This document shows positions 40,200 to 53,260 of a stretch of DNA of 64,000 nt, piece by piece. The stretch spans positions 1,411,412 to 1,475,411 of the forward strand of contig MNCI01000520.1 of NCBI GenBank assembly GCA_015680685.1, in the 5' to 3' direction. Numbering within the stretch: the stretch's first letter is position 1; each line of letters starts with the position of its first letter. Origin of the DNA: Gnetum montanum. Its lineage: Eukaryota; Plantae; Gnetophyta. The notes beneath the pieces were generated by a model, which searched no databases, had not been told where the DNA came from, and saw only the letters and a program-made list of their open reading frames with translations. Position numbers and translations under genes: made by a program.

Positions 40200-42720
40200 A
40201 CTAGATCCTCCCTTGTTTCCATCCTGGCTAGCATGGAAGGGGTGACCTCTAGCATGGATGAAACATCTAGAGGATTTTCTAGGCCTATTTTAACTAGTTT
40301 TTGACTTCTAGTGGCTTTATGTCAACATAATTGACTAGGGAAGATCATTGGCTACTTTTGACACCTGTTTCAATCTTTAGGAGTTCTCTTTTGAGCCTAA
40401 AAGTGTCTTTCATGTTGGCTAGCATGGAGCTAACGTAAAGACCAAGGAAAACATGTTACATGACATCGAAAGGGTCAAAAGTTGGGTTATAGGGCATTCC
40501 CAAGGTAGTATAGGGCTAGATATATTAAAATTGATCATTTTGAGGGTTAGGAAAGGCTAAAAGGTAGGTCTTAAAGTGATATCCCCATGTATTCATGTTG
40601 GCCAACGTAGATGGGGAGGGGGACTCAACATAAATAATTTAAATATAGGCTAAAACAAGGCCAAATAGGGTTTCATGGATATTCTAAACCAAGTTTTGAT
40701 AGTTGTGCATCTCCTAGGTATGTTTTTAGGCCATCTAGATGAGATTTTAAGTGTTAAACTATGTTTGAGGTAGTCTCCATGGTAGATCAATGTTGGCTAG
40801 TGTGAAGCAAAGCTCAAACCCTTGATTTTTAATTTTAGGATGGTCTAGAAAATTAATGAAGTAGGTTTCTAGGCCCCTAGGGCTGCAAACTATGATTTCT
40901 CAAGTTTTTGGTAAATTTCAGTTAGGTTTGGAGGTTGTTTGAGGCCATGCAAGGTTACACCCCCATTGATCTATGTTGGGGGTTGCTCCAACATGGAGGA
41001 TGTTAGTTGATGAATTATAAAGGCTAAAGCAAGGTCCAACTGGTGAAATATTAAGGCAATGGGATTCTAGGCTTCGCTAGTGTAGGTTTTTGACCTCTTG
41101 GAATGTTAACATATTGTCAAAATTGGAAAAGAAACTCTTTCATGCTGGCTCCACACTGGACAACATTGAAGAAGGGGTGCCTAGCATATATAGATCATAA
41201 ATCCTAGATCTAGGCTAGTTGGACCATAATTGATCATGCATGTTGGCCCTTGGGGTCACTAGTATCAATGATTAGGGTTTAGAGTCAAATCTAGTGGTTT
41301 TGGGGGTTCCCAAGTTGTTTTTTGAGTTACCCCTTTGGATCCACACTGAGTCCATGTTGGCCTAATGTGGAGGACCATAGAGAATATATTTTTTTCATTA
41401 TTCAAAAGGTCTTGAACATGCATGTGTGTTTTTAGGATCATTGGTGTCAATGGCTAAGGCTTAGGTTTAGAATTTGATAAGTTTGAAGGTTGTTAGGTAT
41501 TTTTTGGGCTAAAACCCCTTGTTCCATGTTGGCTCCATAATTGCCAGCATGGATCTAGTGTTAAGGATCTAAGGAAAGTATTTTTTTTGGTTATTTTTGA
41601 TCAATTTTTGATGTGCATTTCATTTGTAGGGTCATTAGTACTGATGGTCAGAGCCTAGGGTCAAAACTTGGAAAATTTGATGGTCTCTTGAGTGTTTTTT
41701 AGCTTGCCTCTTTAGTTCCACACTGGCTCCATATTTTTCCACATGGAACTAGCATAGAAAATATTAGGAGGTTGATTTATGACAATTTTGAGCTAAATTT
41801 TTAAACTTTGATAGCTCTTAGATGTGTGCATAGGGTTATAGTGTAAGTATAGGTTAGTTTCATGTTATTTTGATGCATCTATAATCACCCATGAACCTTG
41901 CTAGTTGCATCCACATTGGATCCATGCTAGTCAACATGGAAGAGAGGGATGCTTAATGTGGAGACCAAGAAACTCATGAAACATGATCAATTTTGACACA
42001 TTTCATTTACCAAAGCCTCTAGGAAGTTTGGGTTATTGATAGAAGTTCATTTGGAGGGAAATCTGAATAGTTTTGGCTATTCCCCCTCCATCCATGTTGG
42101 CTCCACATTGGCCAGCATGGATAGGATCTCCCCCCCACTATGGATGAACTTGGAGTTAAATTTTTGGCCACTTTCAAAAAGTTTCAATAGGGGTTCAAAG
42201 ATTCTGGGATTGTAGAGGATTGAGGGTCCTACTTCAATGTTGAAATCAATCAATTTGATGGCTCCTACATGTCCATGTAGCCAAACCCCCATTTTTCCAA
42301 GGTGGATAGGGTGGTCTCACCATGGAAGGAAAGGAGGTAATAACTTTTTGGATTTTTTGATTAGTTTTATAATGTCTGAAGGCTCTAAGAGATTTTGACA
42401 AGGTCTAGAGGTCACTAGGATAGGCCATTGGGCTATTTTTGGCTATAGAGAAGGTTATACTGCACATCCCCAAGACATCCATGTTAGCTTCATGTTGGCC
42501 AATATGAAGAGGGGGGTTCACCAGTGAGGAGAAGCTTTAAGGATGAAAATCAACTTCAACTTCTATTATTGTTGACTACTAGAGGTCATGGGGAAGTATA
42601 TGGGTTGTCAAGGTGACATTTATGGTCACTTAGGGGCAATTCACTAATGTGGATCAACTAAAGCCTCCATACTAGCTCCACACTAGGTAGTGTGGAAGAG
42701 GGATGGTTGATTTACTAATG
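40200..42720. repeat. Degenerate ~189-bp-period array built on the palindrome TCCACGCTGGCCAGCGTGGA (deaminated variants)
   Basis: Motif ends at about 40237, 40428, 40611, 40806, 41169, 41371, 41553, 41747, 41940, 42121, 42306, 42508 and 42696. Confidence 0.7.
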
Positions 42721-44659
42721 TGGATCAACTAATTCTAAAGATTTTGTGCACTTTTGATTGGGTTTGCTAAGGTTTTGGGGCTATCGAGAGTGACTAGAGG
42801 GTTTCTAGGTCATGTGGTCCCGCTTTGGGGGTCAAATTTGGATGTGATGGGTACTAGGAAATAAGAATGGATGTTACCCCCTAACTTTAGGCAGGGCCAT
42901 GTTGCCCTAGTGTGCAAATCCAAAGTGTCTAGTTTTGGTAAGGTCTAACCCCCTTTTAGGGCCTAAGGTTGAATGAGGTAGGTTACAATTTCTAAAGTGT
43001 TAAGGAAGCTAGGTTTTAGGGGGTTTAGGAGGTGGGATGCATGCATCCAAGCTATATATAGGTTACCGAATGTGGATGCATAGGGGTTAAGGCTAGAACA
43101 TCACTTTAGATGTTCCATGGGGTCAAAGCCCAAACATTGATGAAGTTTTTGATCTAAAAACACCATGTATGAGGGTGTATGTTGGAGTCCATGGCCCAAA
43201 AGGTTATTTTCCCTTCCACTCTTAGTGTAGAGAATACTTCCCCCCTCATAGCTCAGTATACTTTGAGTTCCAATGCACTAAATTGGCAATGGGGTTGAAA
43301 GTGGAAGCATTTAGGTTTAGGTTTTGATTTTTATGTTTGATTTTCTTGAAGAATCTACCAAAATTCTCATCTCAATATCCAAAGAATTGGAGGAGAGACC
43401 TAGTAGAGATTTTGTTTTGCAAACACCATATAATTTTAGCATTGAAGCATCAAAACTTTCTCTTAGCTAGTGTAGAGGCCCTAATCTCTTTAGTTCTCAA
43501 ACTCCTACATTGTTGATGCTATCATGATGAAGAAACATGGAGGTAGTAGTAAGAACCTAAGGCTTTAAGAGGTGGATGAGGTTTCCTATAATATTTCTAG
43601 GCTACCTAGACCTGCATCAATTCAAGCTTTCTCTTCCTTCACTCCCAACTATGCCATTCTAACCATTTTTTTAGAGTTCTTCTAGTCATTTTGTGCTTTT
43701 TCTAACTAGGAAAAGGTTATTTTCTTTATATGTATACAAGGGGGTTGATGAAATTGAATTTTGAAAAAACCCTAATTCATAGTTTTTCCATTTCTACATA
43801 GATCTAATGTTTTTTTTTGTTCAAGATTTGGTAGATTTGATTTTTAAAATAGGCTTGCTTTTTTATGTGCTTTTTCTAAAGAAATGGGGGTAAGGCCATT
43901 TTTCTTAGATCTAGGATGCAATGTTTGTCAAAATTAAATTTTAACAAAATACTACCCCTTATTTTGGTGTATTTTTATATGGGTTTAATGTTTTTGGCCA
44001 TTTTGTCTTCAAATTGTGGCTAGATAAAATTAGGTCTTACAAATTTTGTGTTTTTAGTGCTTTCTTGATACAAAAAGAAAGCAAAGTTATGATTTTTTTT
44101 ATTATTGAAACAACTTAATGTTGGAAGCATCTAAGGTTATGGGTTTTTAGAGCTATGTTTAATCTTCACATTGGTTGTGGTCTCATTTGATTTGGAGTTA
44201 TAATGAGGAAGTTATGGTTGTTTCCATTAGGTTGTGTAATTAGGGCTTGTGCCACTTTTTAGATTTTCATCCAAGTTTACAAAATGTTTTTGAAGAAACA
44301 ACATGAATTTTGTATTTTTTATAAGTTTGGATTTGTAGGTTGATTTAAGATTTCATATGGTGGTAGAATCACTTTTTCTAGAGCTCAAACGAAGTTTTGG
44401 TGAACTTTTCACCAACCCTATGTAGCAAGGGATTTATGTTGATAGCTACGATTATGAAAATTTGGCTATGGATCATGTAAAATTGGTTATGTATTTTTGT
44501 TTGTACTAGATATGGTGGAAAATTTTGTGATTTTGAGATTCCTTCAGTGGTGGAATCACTAAAATCAGAGCTCTAAGAGATTTTTTATGAATTTTTAACT
44601 ATGGCTATGTTAATTAGGCTTAATTTTGGTTGTAGCACTTTACTCCTTGGAGATGTATG

Positions 44660-47600
44660 TTACAGACATGCTTAGAGATTCCTCTTGAAAACTTCCATGC
44701 CATTGGAGATTCCTAAAGATATAAACTATGTTTAAAGTTTGTTACATGAAAAATAGAAATATTTACTATTTTTGGTAGGCTTTTTCCTATGGCCATTTTT
44801 TCTTAGTTTAATTTTTTTTCTAAATTAATGTATGGTTTGGACTAAGGCATAAATTTGATTATGATGTTTAGGTTGTAATATTTTGGGTATGATTTTTTGA
44901 CTATAATGGTTTAATGGCTATGGTTGTTGTTGAATTTCTAAATGAATTTTGGCAAACACTTTAGAGTTTTTTTATAGGGGCTAATTTCATCACTAACTAA
45001 GGTGTTTTATGCATTTACAAGGAAATTATAAGCATTAAAACATGATGCTAATGATGCCTATATTTTCCCCTTGCATGGTCCTAGTAAATATTGTACTCAT
45101 CATGGTTGAGTTGATAGGCATCCTATGTTGTATTGGCTAGCCCAAGGCCAACACCCCTCTACTCAACATGGTCCTAGAGAAGAGGTCATTGTGGTTACAT
45201 TTGGGGGCAATGAAATTCCTTGACTACCTTCTTAAAAAATTTAGTATGATGATGTGGTTACACTTGGCTATAGAGGTGGTTGGGGTCATGGTGAAGACCT
45301 TGCTACTTGGGTCTATGCAATTGGTTACTTGGTTCATAATTGATGATCTAGAGACTTGAGAAGTAGGAGAGTTGTTGGAGATAAAGGACATAATTGATAC
45401 ATGTTACCTCTTGAACATTTGGAAGATGCTAGAGTATTCTTAATACAACATCAATAGTACTCTGATGATGGCACAAAGCACCCACTCCTTATCACATAAT
45501 CCTCTAGGCACTATGTATCAATTATAAGGGTAAGCATGGCTATTATAGGTTTCAATGTTTTACCTTTATTTAATTTGGTCATTTTTCCTACCTTGTCAAT
45601 TTCATACACATCATAAAAGTACAAGGTTAATGATCAAGGCTTGATGAAAAATGATCAAATTTTGTAGTAGCCCACACCATGTTGAGTGAATTCACCAAAG
45701 GCCGTAAGATCAAAGATGTCATTTTCAAATAGCAAAGGGAACACTTTGATGAATACCCTACTAGATTTAACCCTATTTACAAGAAATGTATGGTTGTCAA
45801 AATAGTGCATAGCTTGTGGATGGCCCCCAATGCCATAGATATATAGGCATGACTACTAGAAGCCTTGCATGAGCTTTTCCTAGTAAGAAGAAGAGAGGTG
45901 AGAAGAAAAATGGTTTTCTCTATTATATCTAAGGTTTTATGGCTATATGGGTCTTAATTATTCTATGGTCTAAACATAGCTGTACTAATGGTAAGCATTT
46001 ATTTTTGTCATAGAGGATCATCTGCTTCTACTAATGTCATTGTAGCCCTCATTGGATGTTTTGCAGATACTCTCATTCTAAAGTTTGGTGAGGTGCGGCT
46101 ACCATAGGAGTGGTTGAGGGGGTAGACGTCTAAGAATCTCTAAATAAACATTGTGCATGTAAGTTTGCTCTAGCTATTTATGATGCATAGCCCTATTGTC
46201 CTTTCTATGGAGATGCTAAATGTTATCATCTCCTTTGACATAAGAGCTATTGTGTTTTGCACCATAGTTTAAGGCTATCTTTTATGACTTGTTTGGCCTT
46301 CCTACTAATAGGGAATTAGTTTCCACCAAACTAATGAATGAGGCTAACCATTGAAAGGAAGTTGAGGAATGATTTGGTACTAGCAAGGGCTACTTTGAAC
46401 TTGCTTTTGAGGGCTTCACAAACCATGATGCAAGGGAGTCCTATCCCTTATTTAGGTCTTAGGTTTTTCCTAAATTATTATCACAAAAGAAAATTGATGT
46501 TTCATAGGGATGAACCTTCAAGAAGGTCATAATTAAGGGGAGTTGTTTTAATTGGGTGAATTCCTTAGGTATTGGCCTCAAGGAGGAAATCTTCAAACTT
46601 CATGAGGACCTCTCTATGATAGTTCACATACACTATGCATTTTTTGAAGGTTATTTGAAGAGGTTCATGGAATTATTGGTGGTGAGTAGAAATTTTTCAT
46701 GGATGAGATAAGATCCAAAGTAGCTCTCTAAGCCTTGGATAAAACACCTTTATCCAACTGTGCAAGCTTAGAACCCACTAGAGGACATGGGAGATTCATT
46801 TTTTATGACCAATAAGAACCTTGGTGTTAGTTGGTGTGAATCACTTGGTAGAATGGTGGGGGAGCCTCTTACATTCTTGTCGAACATCTAGAGAGCTCAA
46901 TGGTTTCATGTTGAGGCTAATGTGGTAGCCAAGGCTAGTATAAAATGGCTAGTAGAGGAAGCACCACTAGCATCAGAGCCACCATCCAAGAAAAATATCA
47001 TCTTTAAGATCCATTAGTTAGATCAAGAAGGAACATGTATAATTTAAATATGTTCTTAACATTTTTGACTATGTTATGTCCTATGGATACATGTGATAAC
47101 TTGCCTAATGGGTTCTGGCTATAGGGTAGTGCTACAACTTAGTAGCTCAAGCTGCCACTATAGAAGAAGAGCAAAGATAGGTAGAGGAGGCACATGGACT
47201 TGTAGAGGAGGAGCAAAGGCATATAGCTGTTGTGGTAAAGGAGGAACAAATGCATGCAAAGGAGGCACTCTTATAGTAAGATATGAACAATCTAGATTCC
47301 TTGTTCAGTGAGCTATTACTTGGGAAGTCTTTGATTGACATCTCTAATGATGATGATGAGGATGAGAATAAGAATGTGAATGTGGATCTAGGTATGCTTA
47401 TGATTTACTTGTTATTTCCTATGGTTTTATGTTTAATTTCTTAGTTCTTACTTGCCCAATGATTTTTATGCCTATCATAGTTATTGAGCCACCTATAGAG
47501 GCCTCTACATCCATGTTTCATATTAAACCATGGGTAGAGGTCCTAGACATGATAGAATTCATGCACAAGATGGCAAAGGACATCGATGGTTAGCTTCAAT

Positions 47601-48730
47601 AGATTACATCTGAGATTAGTAAGAACTATGTTTTGCTATGAGTTATATTTTATGCTACAGCTACCTTAGATTGTATATTATGTTTATGGTTATATTTTTG
47701 TTATTTTAGTGCCATTAGTAACATAGGACCTGATCCAAGACATGGATTTTTACTCCTTACTTAAGCTTCCTCATAACACCCCATATGTCCCCCTAAAGCT
47801 ATACAAAACTACTACTAATCTTGTGGTTTCGTGTGCAAAATCTTCATGGGAGATTCAAAGGTCCAATGAATTCCTATGGAAATGGGTTGTGGCCTTGAAG
47901 GAGGAAAATAAGAGGTAAGCTATGGGGATTTGGGACCTTGAGGAACATAAGGCATTTGTAGAAGCCCAAGTGGCTAACTCAAGGGCCTTTTAGACCAAAG
48001 AGATCACATGGGCCTACTACTAGCACATAATCCATAATAAGGTTATCCTCTCTTCAGAGTTACATGAGTAGTAGATGTAGATGTAGTTGAAAGGATTATA
48101 TTGCTTTGGTCTTGGAGTGTAGTAAGATACAAAAATATCACAAGAAAAAGCATAAGGTCCATTGTGAGGCATACCTAACGTGGTTGGAGAGGGAGATGAT
48201 TGAATGGTAGAAGAGGGATTTATTTATCTAGGGTATTTAGGTTAAGAGTAATTTCAATCTCTTTGAAAGCACTATCATAGTAGTTGAGCCTTCTATTCCT
48301 CAAATCACTACAACTATTGATGAGGTCTCTATGGCTATGGTATCATGGGAGCTGCCATGATAGATAAGTGTAGATAGGACTAATATCTTCATAGGCATAA
48401 AGTTTGGGAATATTAACTGGGTCAACATGATGAAAGACTAGATTTTCCAACAGTTGGAGATTGGCCTTCACCATCTTTCCTGATATTTTATGGAGCTAGG
48501 TTTTCCATAGGTTTGATGGAATTTATGTTTTATGTTTTAAATTTTAGTTTTGTATTTGTTTGTCTTGGTTTTGGTTATGCTAGTTACTGATTGGTTGTAT
48601 GTTGTCATGTCATAGTAACCATATGATGTGAGTGGCCCTAGTAGGATAAGCGATGATGATGATGATGATGATGATGCACCAACACCTTCTCCTCTAGATG
48701 CCCCCTTGGCACCACTAGATGCATGATGTG
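44660..48730 (+). pseudogene. Decayed multi-exon gene antisense to element D, inside the PR-RT segment; product unknown
   Basis: Translated blocks are homologous to 59360-61750(-). Donors AAGG|GTAAG (45530) and CTAG|GTATG (47392); acceptors such as TTTTGTCATAG (~46013) and TTATTTTAG (~47709). Limits approximate. Confidence 0.65.
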
Positions 48731-49105
48731 ACAACTTTTTTTGATGAATTTTTATATAGTTTATTTGATGTTGGACATTGTATGGCTCATATTGGCCAAT
48801 GCTTGAGTTGTAGACATTTTGGAAGTTATGCTTTATTGTTTTAATATTTATGCCAAGTAGTGTGGCTATGGCTATATATATTATTTTAAAATGTTTTAAA
48901 TTTTAACTTTGATTTTAGTTTTGGCTACATATGTTGTTGATGGATTTACTACCTTAAGGTTTTAAGGGTTATAAATGTTGTAAGTGAGGTTATGCTATTG
49001 ATGGCTACATTGGCTATGTTGAAAATGGTTAGACTATAAGATTATGAATGGTCATAGAATAAGGATTACTTTCTTGTTTTGAGCCATGGTAGTACACATG
49101 TTTAA

Positions 49106-49225
49106 CATCAGTTCAAGTCCATGATAGGTGATGACACCAGTTTAAAGTCTTAGCATATTGTAGTGCCAATTTAATGTCTTAGTGGACCATGATGCTAGTT
49201 TAAGACCTCAATAGATTGTAGGTTT
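49106..49225. repeat. 29-bp degenerate tandem array near the donor end of the D intervening segment
   Basis: Four units (CATCAGTTCAAG, CACCAGTTTAAA, TGCCAATTTAAT, TGCTAGTTTAAG) at 29-bp spacing. Confidence 0.7.
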
Positions 49226-49581
49226 GCCAATGTTAGGCCATGGCAGGCCTTAGGATTTGCTAGTTTTAGGCCATGGCAGGCCCTCATTAAAAGGAAACTT
49301 ATATTTTTGATGATTTTCTCTTTTACAATTTGTATGGGGATTTCTAGTTTTGAAATTTTTATAAGGTTTTTGATTTTTACAACATGTGAAAAAGTAAAGA
49401 TAGAAAAAGGTTCTAATAAAAAAATGCAAATGACAATAAAAACTTAGGCTACATGCATGAAAGAGTAAAATAAATAATACTAAGAAGCATAACAAATCAA
49501 TAAAGAAAATTTAGGCTACATGGCTATTAGTGGATATTGTTATATGGTTATAAGGACCTAGGTGGAAAGGCCAAGGTGTAC

Positions 49582-52500
49582 TTCACTTATGTAGACTCTT
49601 CCTAATCTTTGCAAGATTAGGAAATGTGTAAGATCTACTCTGCACAAGTTTGTATTCACTATTCACTTCACTAATGATGTTAAAAGGGATTTCATCCCAT
49701 AACATATCCCACTGCCCATGGTTATTATTATTGGTTTTCTCCTCTCTCTTGGGTTGTTGTATTTTGTAGCTAGGAGCTTCTTTTTGAAGCTCCACTTTAG
49801 ACACATGTTCTATGTTCATGTTTTTAATAGTGAGGGGCACCATGTTATCACCATGAATGATGATTTCAACTTCCTCATAAGGAAGATGAATTTCTTGGTG
49901 GATGGTTGAGGACATGGCTCATAACTGAGCTAAGTAAGGTCTTCCTAGGATAAGGTTAAACCTTGACATCTCCTCCACCACTAAGAAATCTATGATTGTG
50001 AGGAATTACTTTGCTGCCATAAAATCCAAGGAGATAGACCCCTTGACAACAACCCTTGATCTATTAAAGGACTTGAGAGTGGTTTTTGATGTGTCTTGTA
50101 TTTTTTCTATTAAGCTTAATCATTCAATGATGGTCCATGGGATGATGTTTGTTGTAGCCCCATCATCTACATGTGCCCAATGCACATTAAACTACCCCAC
50201 TTGAATTGTGATGAAAAGAGGAGTCCTAGTTAATTCACCATTTTGGGAGTTGATCTTGACCTCTCTATCACTAAACACTAGTGATGTTAACTTCTTTTCC
50301 CTCAGTAAAGAAGGAACCAATATAGCATGAATGGATACCTCGTTAGCAAGGATGTCATCACTAATGAGGATAGAAGTCAACATCTTGACTAGTGCATCAC
50401 AATGTGTAGTGGAAGTCATGATTAGGTCGTATAGGCTTAAAGTTGTATTTTTCTATTTAAGTAACTATTTAAATTGTTCCATTGCATTGAGGAAGCTTTT
50501 GTCATTGGTTGTGGGCTTGTCACCTTGATTGTGCTTCACTTCCTCCATGCAGCCCAAGATGCAAAATTTAGCCTTAGGTTGTTGCTATTTGGATCTCTCC
50601 TCTTTCTTATAGCTTTGGGTTTTGGGGTCCTCATGTGATCTATTGGTTGAGGTGGGTTGGATAGAGGAGGTCATGAGTATTGATGATATGGAAGTGGGAT
50701 TTGGTATGTCCACTTCCTTCCATGCCTTAGGTTTCTTGTCACTCTTGTTGCTAGGCTTTTTTGTATTCTTCTTCTACTACTTGGTTGATGGTTTTTCATT
50801 ATTGTTGGTTTTGTTACATTAAGAAGTTGTGGCATTAGCCATCATAGGGGGCTAATGTTTGATTGTTGGGGCTGGTTGAACTATAGTGGGCTAGGGTACC
50901 TTGATGATAAAAGGTTCCCTCAAAGATACTCATGATGGTACTCTCATGAAAAGGGGGGTCCTTGAGCTAGTGGAAGTTGAAGACACCCTTTCATTGAGAG
51001 TGGATACCTAAATCACAAATGGTTCCCTTGTGGGTGGTCGATTTTCATCTATATTAAATGCTAATATAATGTATGCAAAATTGTTGGCATTCATTGGGTC
51101 CTTATACATTTACATCAATTGGTTTTGTGGTTAGATTGGATTGGATGCATCTAGAATTAGCTCTTCTTTATCTATCATCTTTTGTAGGTCATCTTTTATA
51201 GCAAGGTAGAAGTCTATACCATGACTAGGTAGTTGGTGATAGTGAAAAAGTGGTCTAACATAAAGTATTTAGGTAGCTATGGATCATCCTTTGTTTCTTG
51301 AGTGGGATCCTTGGCTATCTCACATAGCCTATTATGCTTATTTTGGGAAGCTTCAAACACCTACTTGTATTGAATTCATTCACTTTTTCAATAGTTGATC
51401 TAGTAGCTTAGATGACTTTAACAACAACCTAGTATACTTGGACTTGTCCTTTCTTTCAAAGGTGGGACTAATTATTGTCAATGAAGTGTCCCTAGAAGTT
51501 GGTGATTGATTATCTTGGTTATTAGTAGGGGCCTTGATTTTTGTATGCACATAGGTTGGGTCATGATTAGCCTTCACAGTGCCCTCTATGTTTTTGGTTT
51601 AGGAGAATACTTGACTAAGTGTCTATGGGTCATGATAGTACAGATTGGATTTAATGAAATCATTGACTACCCCTTTGAATATAGATAAAAGGTGGGTTTC
51701 AACTATAGGCTCTGGTATCTTATTTAGCAAATTGTTCCACTATTGGATGAACTTTTGCACTAGCTAAAGGGGTCCCTACTTGACCTTCATTAGTTAGTCA
51801 ACCATAGTATCAAGCTTCAAGTTTTACTTGAAGAAGTTAATGAATTGGGATATGAGATCATCAAGGATGGATATGGATCCCTTAGGTAGGGCATAGTACT
51901 AATCAAGAACTTTCCTAGTCAAGGACATAGGGAAGATTCTTATTATAGTATGTGACCATGATTGTAATAGCAAGTAGTTAGATCAAAAGGTTATAAGGAA
52001 AGCATTGGGATCACCTTCTCCATTATACTTGTTTAATTAAGGGACAGGAACACCAAAAGGAAGTATCAAGGGTGGGATCATAGGACTAATGGGTTGTCTT
52101 GGTAAAAAGTCACAATCTTGACACTCTAGGAAGTAGAGCCCTTAAGCCTCTTCAACTACTTCGTTAGGTCCTAGATTATTTGGAAGATTTGATCCAAGCC
52201 CTGTGATGCCTTTTTTGGTTGTAGGGTTTAAAAAAATGACTATGATATTTTTTGGGAGGCTTGTGACCTTCCTATTAGTTTTAAGATAGAGGGGAGAGGT
52301 TGTGTTATGGCTATAGTTTGTGGGCCAAACAAGGAAAAAGATGTTTGTGCTAGAATATAGGGAAAAAATTGGAATAAAGGAGGTATGTGAACCTTGAATT
52401 GCTTGAGGTTTCATGGTGGATTCCACTTAACTGGTCAATGGGTTAGTGGTAGTAACTACAACTAATGTCAGTTGTACTAACGTAGGTTAGGTGGCAAGTG

Positions 52501-52900
52501 GCATGGAGAAATGGAAGGTGGTTGGCTATGACACTGATTGTGCTTGGTGCATGGTGATGACTAGTGTGTGCCTAAATATGATTGGTTATGGTGGGGATGA
52601 AGATAGTGGGAGATGTTTAGAGGAAGAGGAAAAGGGGAAAGAGGTTGGTAGTATGGTCTTGAAGGTCTTTTGTTGTAAAATCCCTCCCAAAAGGTTCTCA
52701 AGCTCAGATTCTATCTTAAATTCATCTTCTTCCTTTGGTTGCTCATTAGAGGTAACCTTCCAATTATCTCTATCACTCTCAATGAGGGCTAAGATGTTAG
52801 CATAGATGCCATTAAAAGGTATTTGTTCATAGGGAAAGGGAATGTACTCCTTTCCATTATGGTGGATGAGTGAAACACCACCAAATCTAGACTATGACAT
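49582..52900 (-). pseudogene. gag: Element D gag-protease (decayed)
   Basis: NKYNGEGDPNAFL; FHYHQLPSHGIDFYLAIKDDLQKMI (CxxHxxxGHxxxxC-type knuckle remnant); PR AHVDDGATTNIIP, FNLILGRPYL and SSTIHQEI. Confidence 0.88.
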
Positions 52901-52928
52901 CTTGACTTCAATTTTGGCTAGGTATTGA

Positions 52929-53173
52929 GACTATGCTCAACCCTAGTTAGAGCGTAGTCAACCTCTCATGGAGAGTGTAGTCAACATGAGGGCTAGTTTT
53001 GCAAATTTTTTCTAAGTGCTAAGACTATGCTCTCCCCTAGTTGGGAGTGTAGTCAACCTCTCATGGAGAGCATAGTCAACATGAAGGCTAGGTTTTGCAA
53101 ATTTTGGCAAGTCCTAGGACTACTTTCACCCCTAGTTGAAAGTGTAGTCAACCTCCTATGGAGAGCATAGTCT
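52929..53173. repeat. 94-95-bp tandem repeat (~2.6 copies) with a hairpin, in the 5' UTR of D
   Basis: Units start at 52929, 53023 and 53118, each beginning with a GACTATGCTC...GAGCGTAGTC-type inverted repeat. Confidence 0.88.
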
Positions 53174-53241
53174 ACAAAAAATCCATTTTCTCAAAAATTT
53201 TAGTAGCATTAAGAGGATAGTCAGCTAGAACAGTTCCCAGT

Positions 53242-53259
53242 AGCCTCCATAGTACACCA
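53242..53259 (-). promoter_or_regulatory. Candidate PBS of element D (tRNA not assigned)
   Basis: Minus strand ...GCATCA T TGGTGTACTATGGAGGCT has CA-N-TGG junction geometry. Confidence 0.45.
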
Positions 53260-53260
53260 A

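Larger units (their letters stand above)
39552..49581 (-). other. Putative 10,030-bp intron between PR and RT of element D
   Basis: Starts GTACAC 1 nt after the PR-tail stop codon and ends TTTTTTGTTAACATGTAG. Both boundaries coincide with those of E. Confidence 0.65.
34807..53259 (-). mobile_element. Element D internal region: Tat/Ogre-like Ty3/gypsy element with an extra (archaeal-type) RNase H
   Basis: Minus-strand order: PBS-like site, gag, PR, 10-kb intervening segment, RT, RH, aRH, INT, tandem repeats, candidate PPT GAGGGGCTA near 34807-34815. LTR limits not resolved. Confidence 0.75.

Noticed and set aside
39552-49581. PR-RT segments as independent nested transposon insertions or captured host genes
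   Set aside because: They occupy the same position with the same GT-AG limits in two diverged elements, I saw no TSD or TIR, and E rejoins in frame. A host origin of the antisense gene cannot be excluded.
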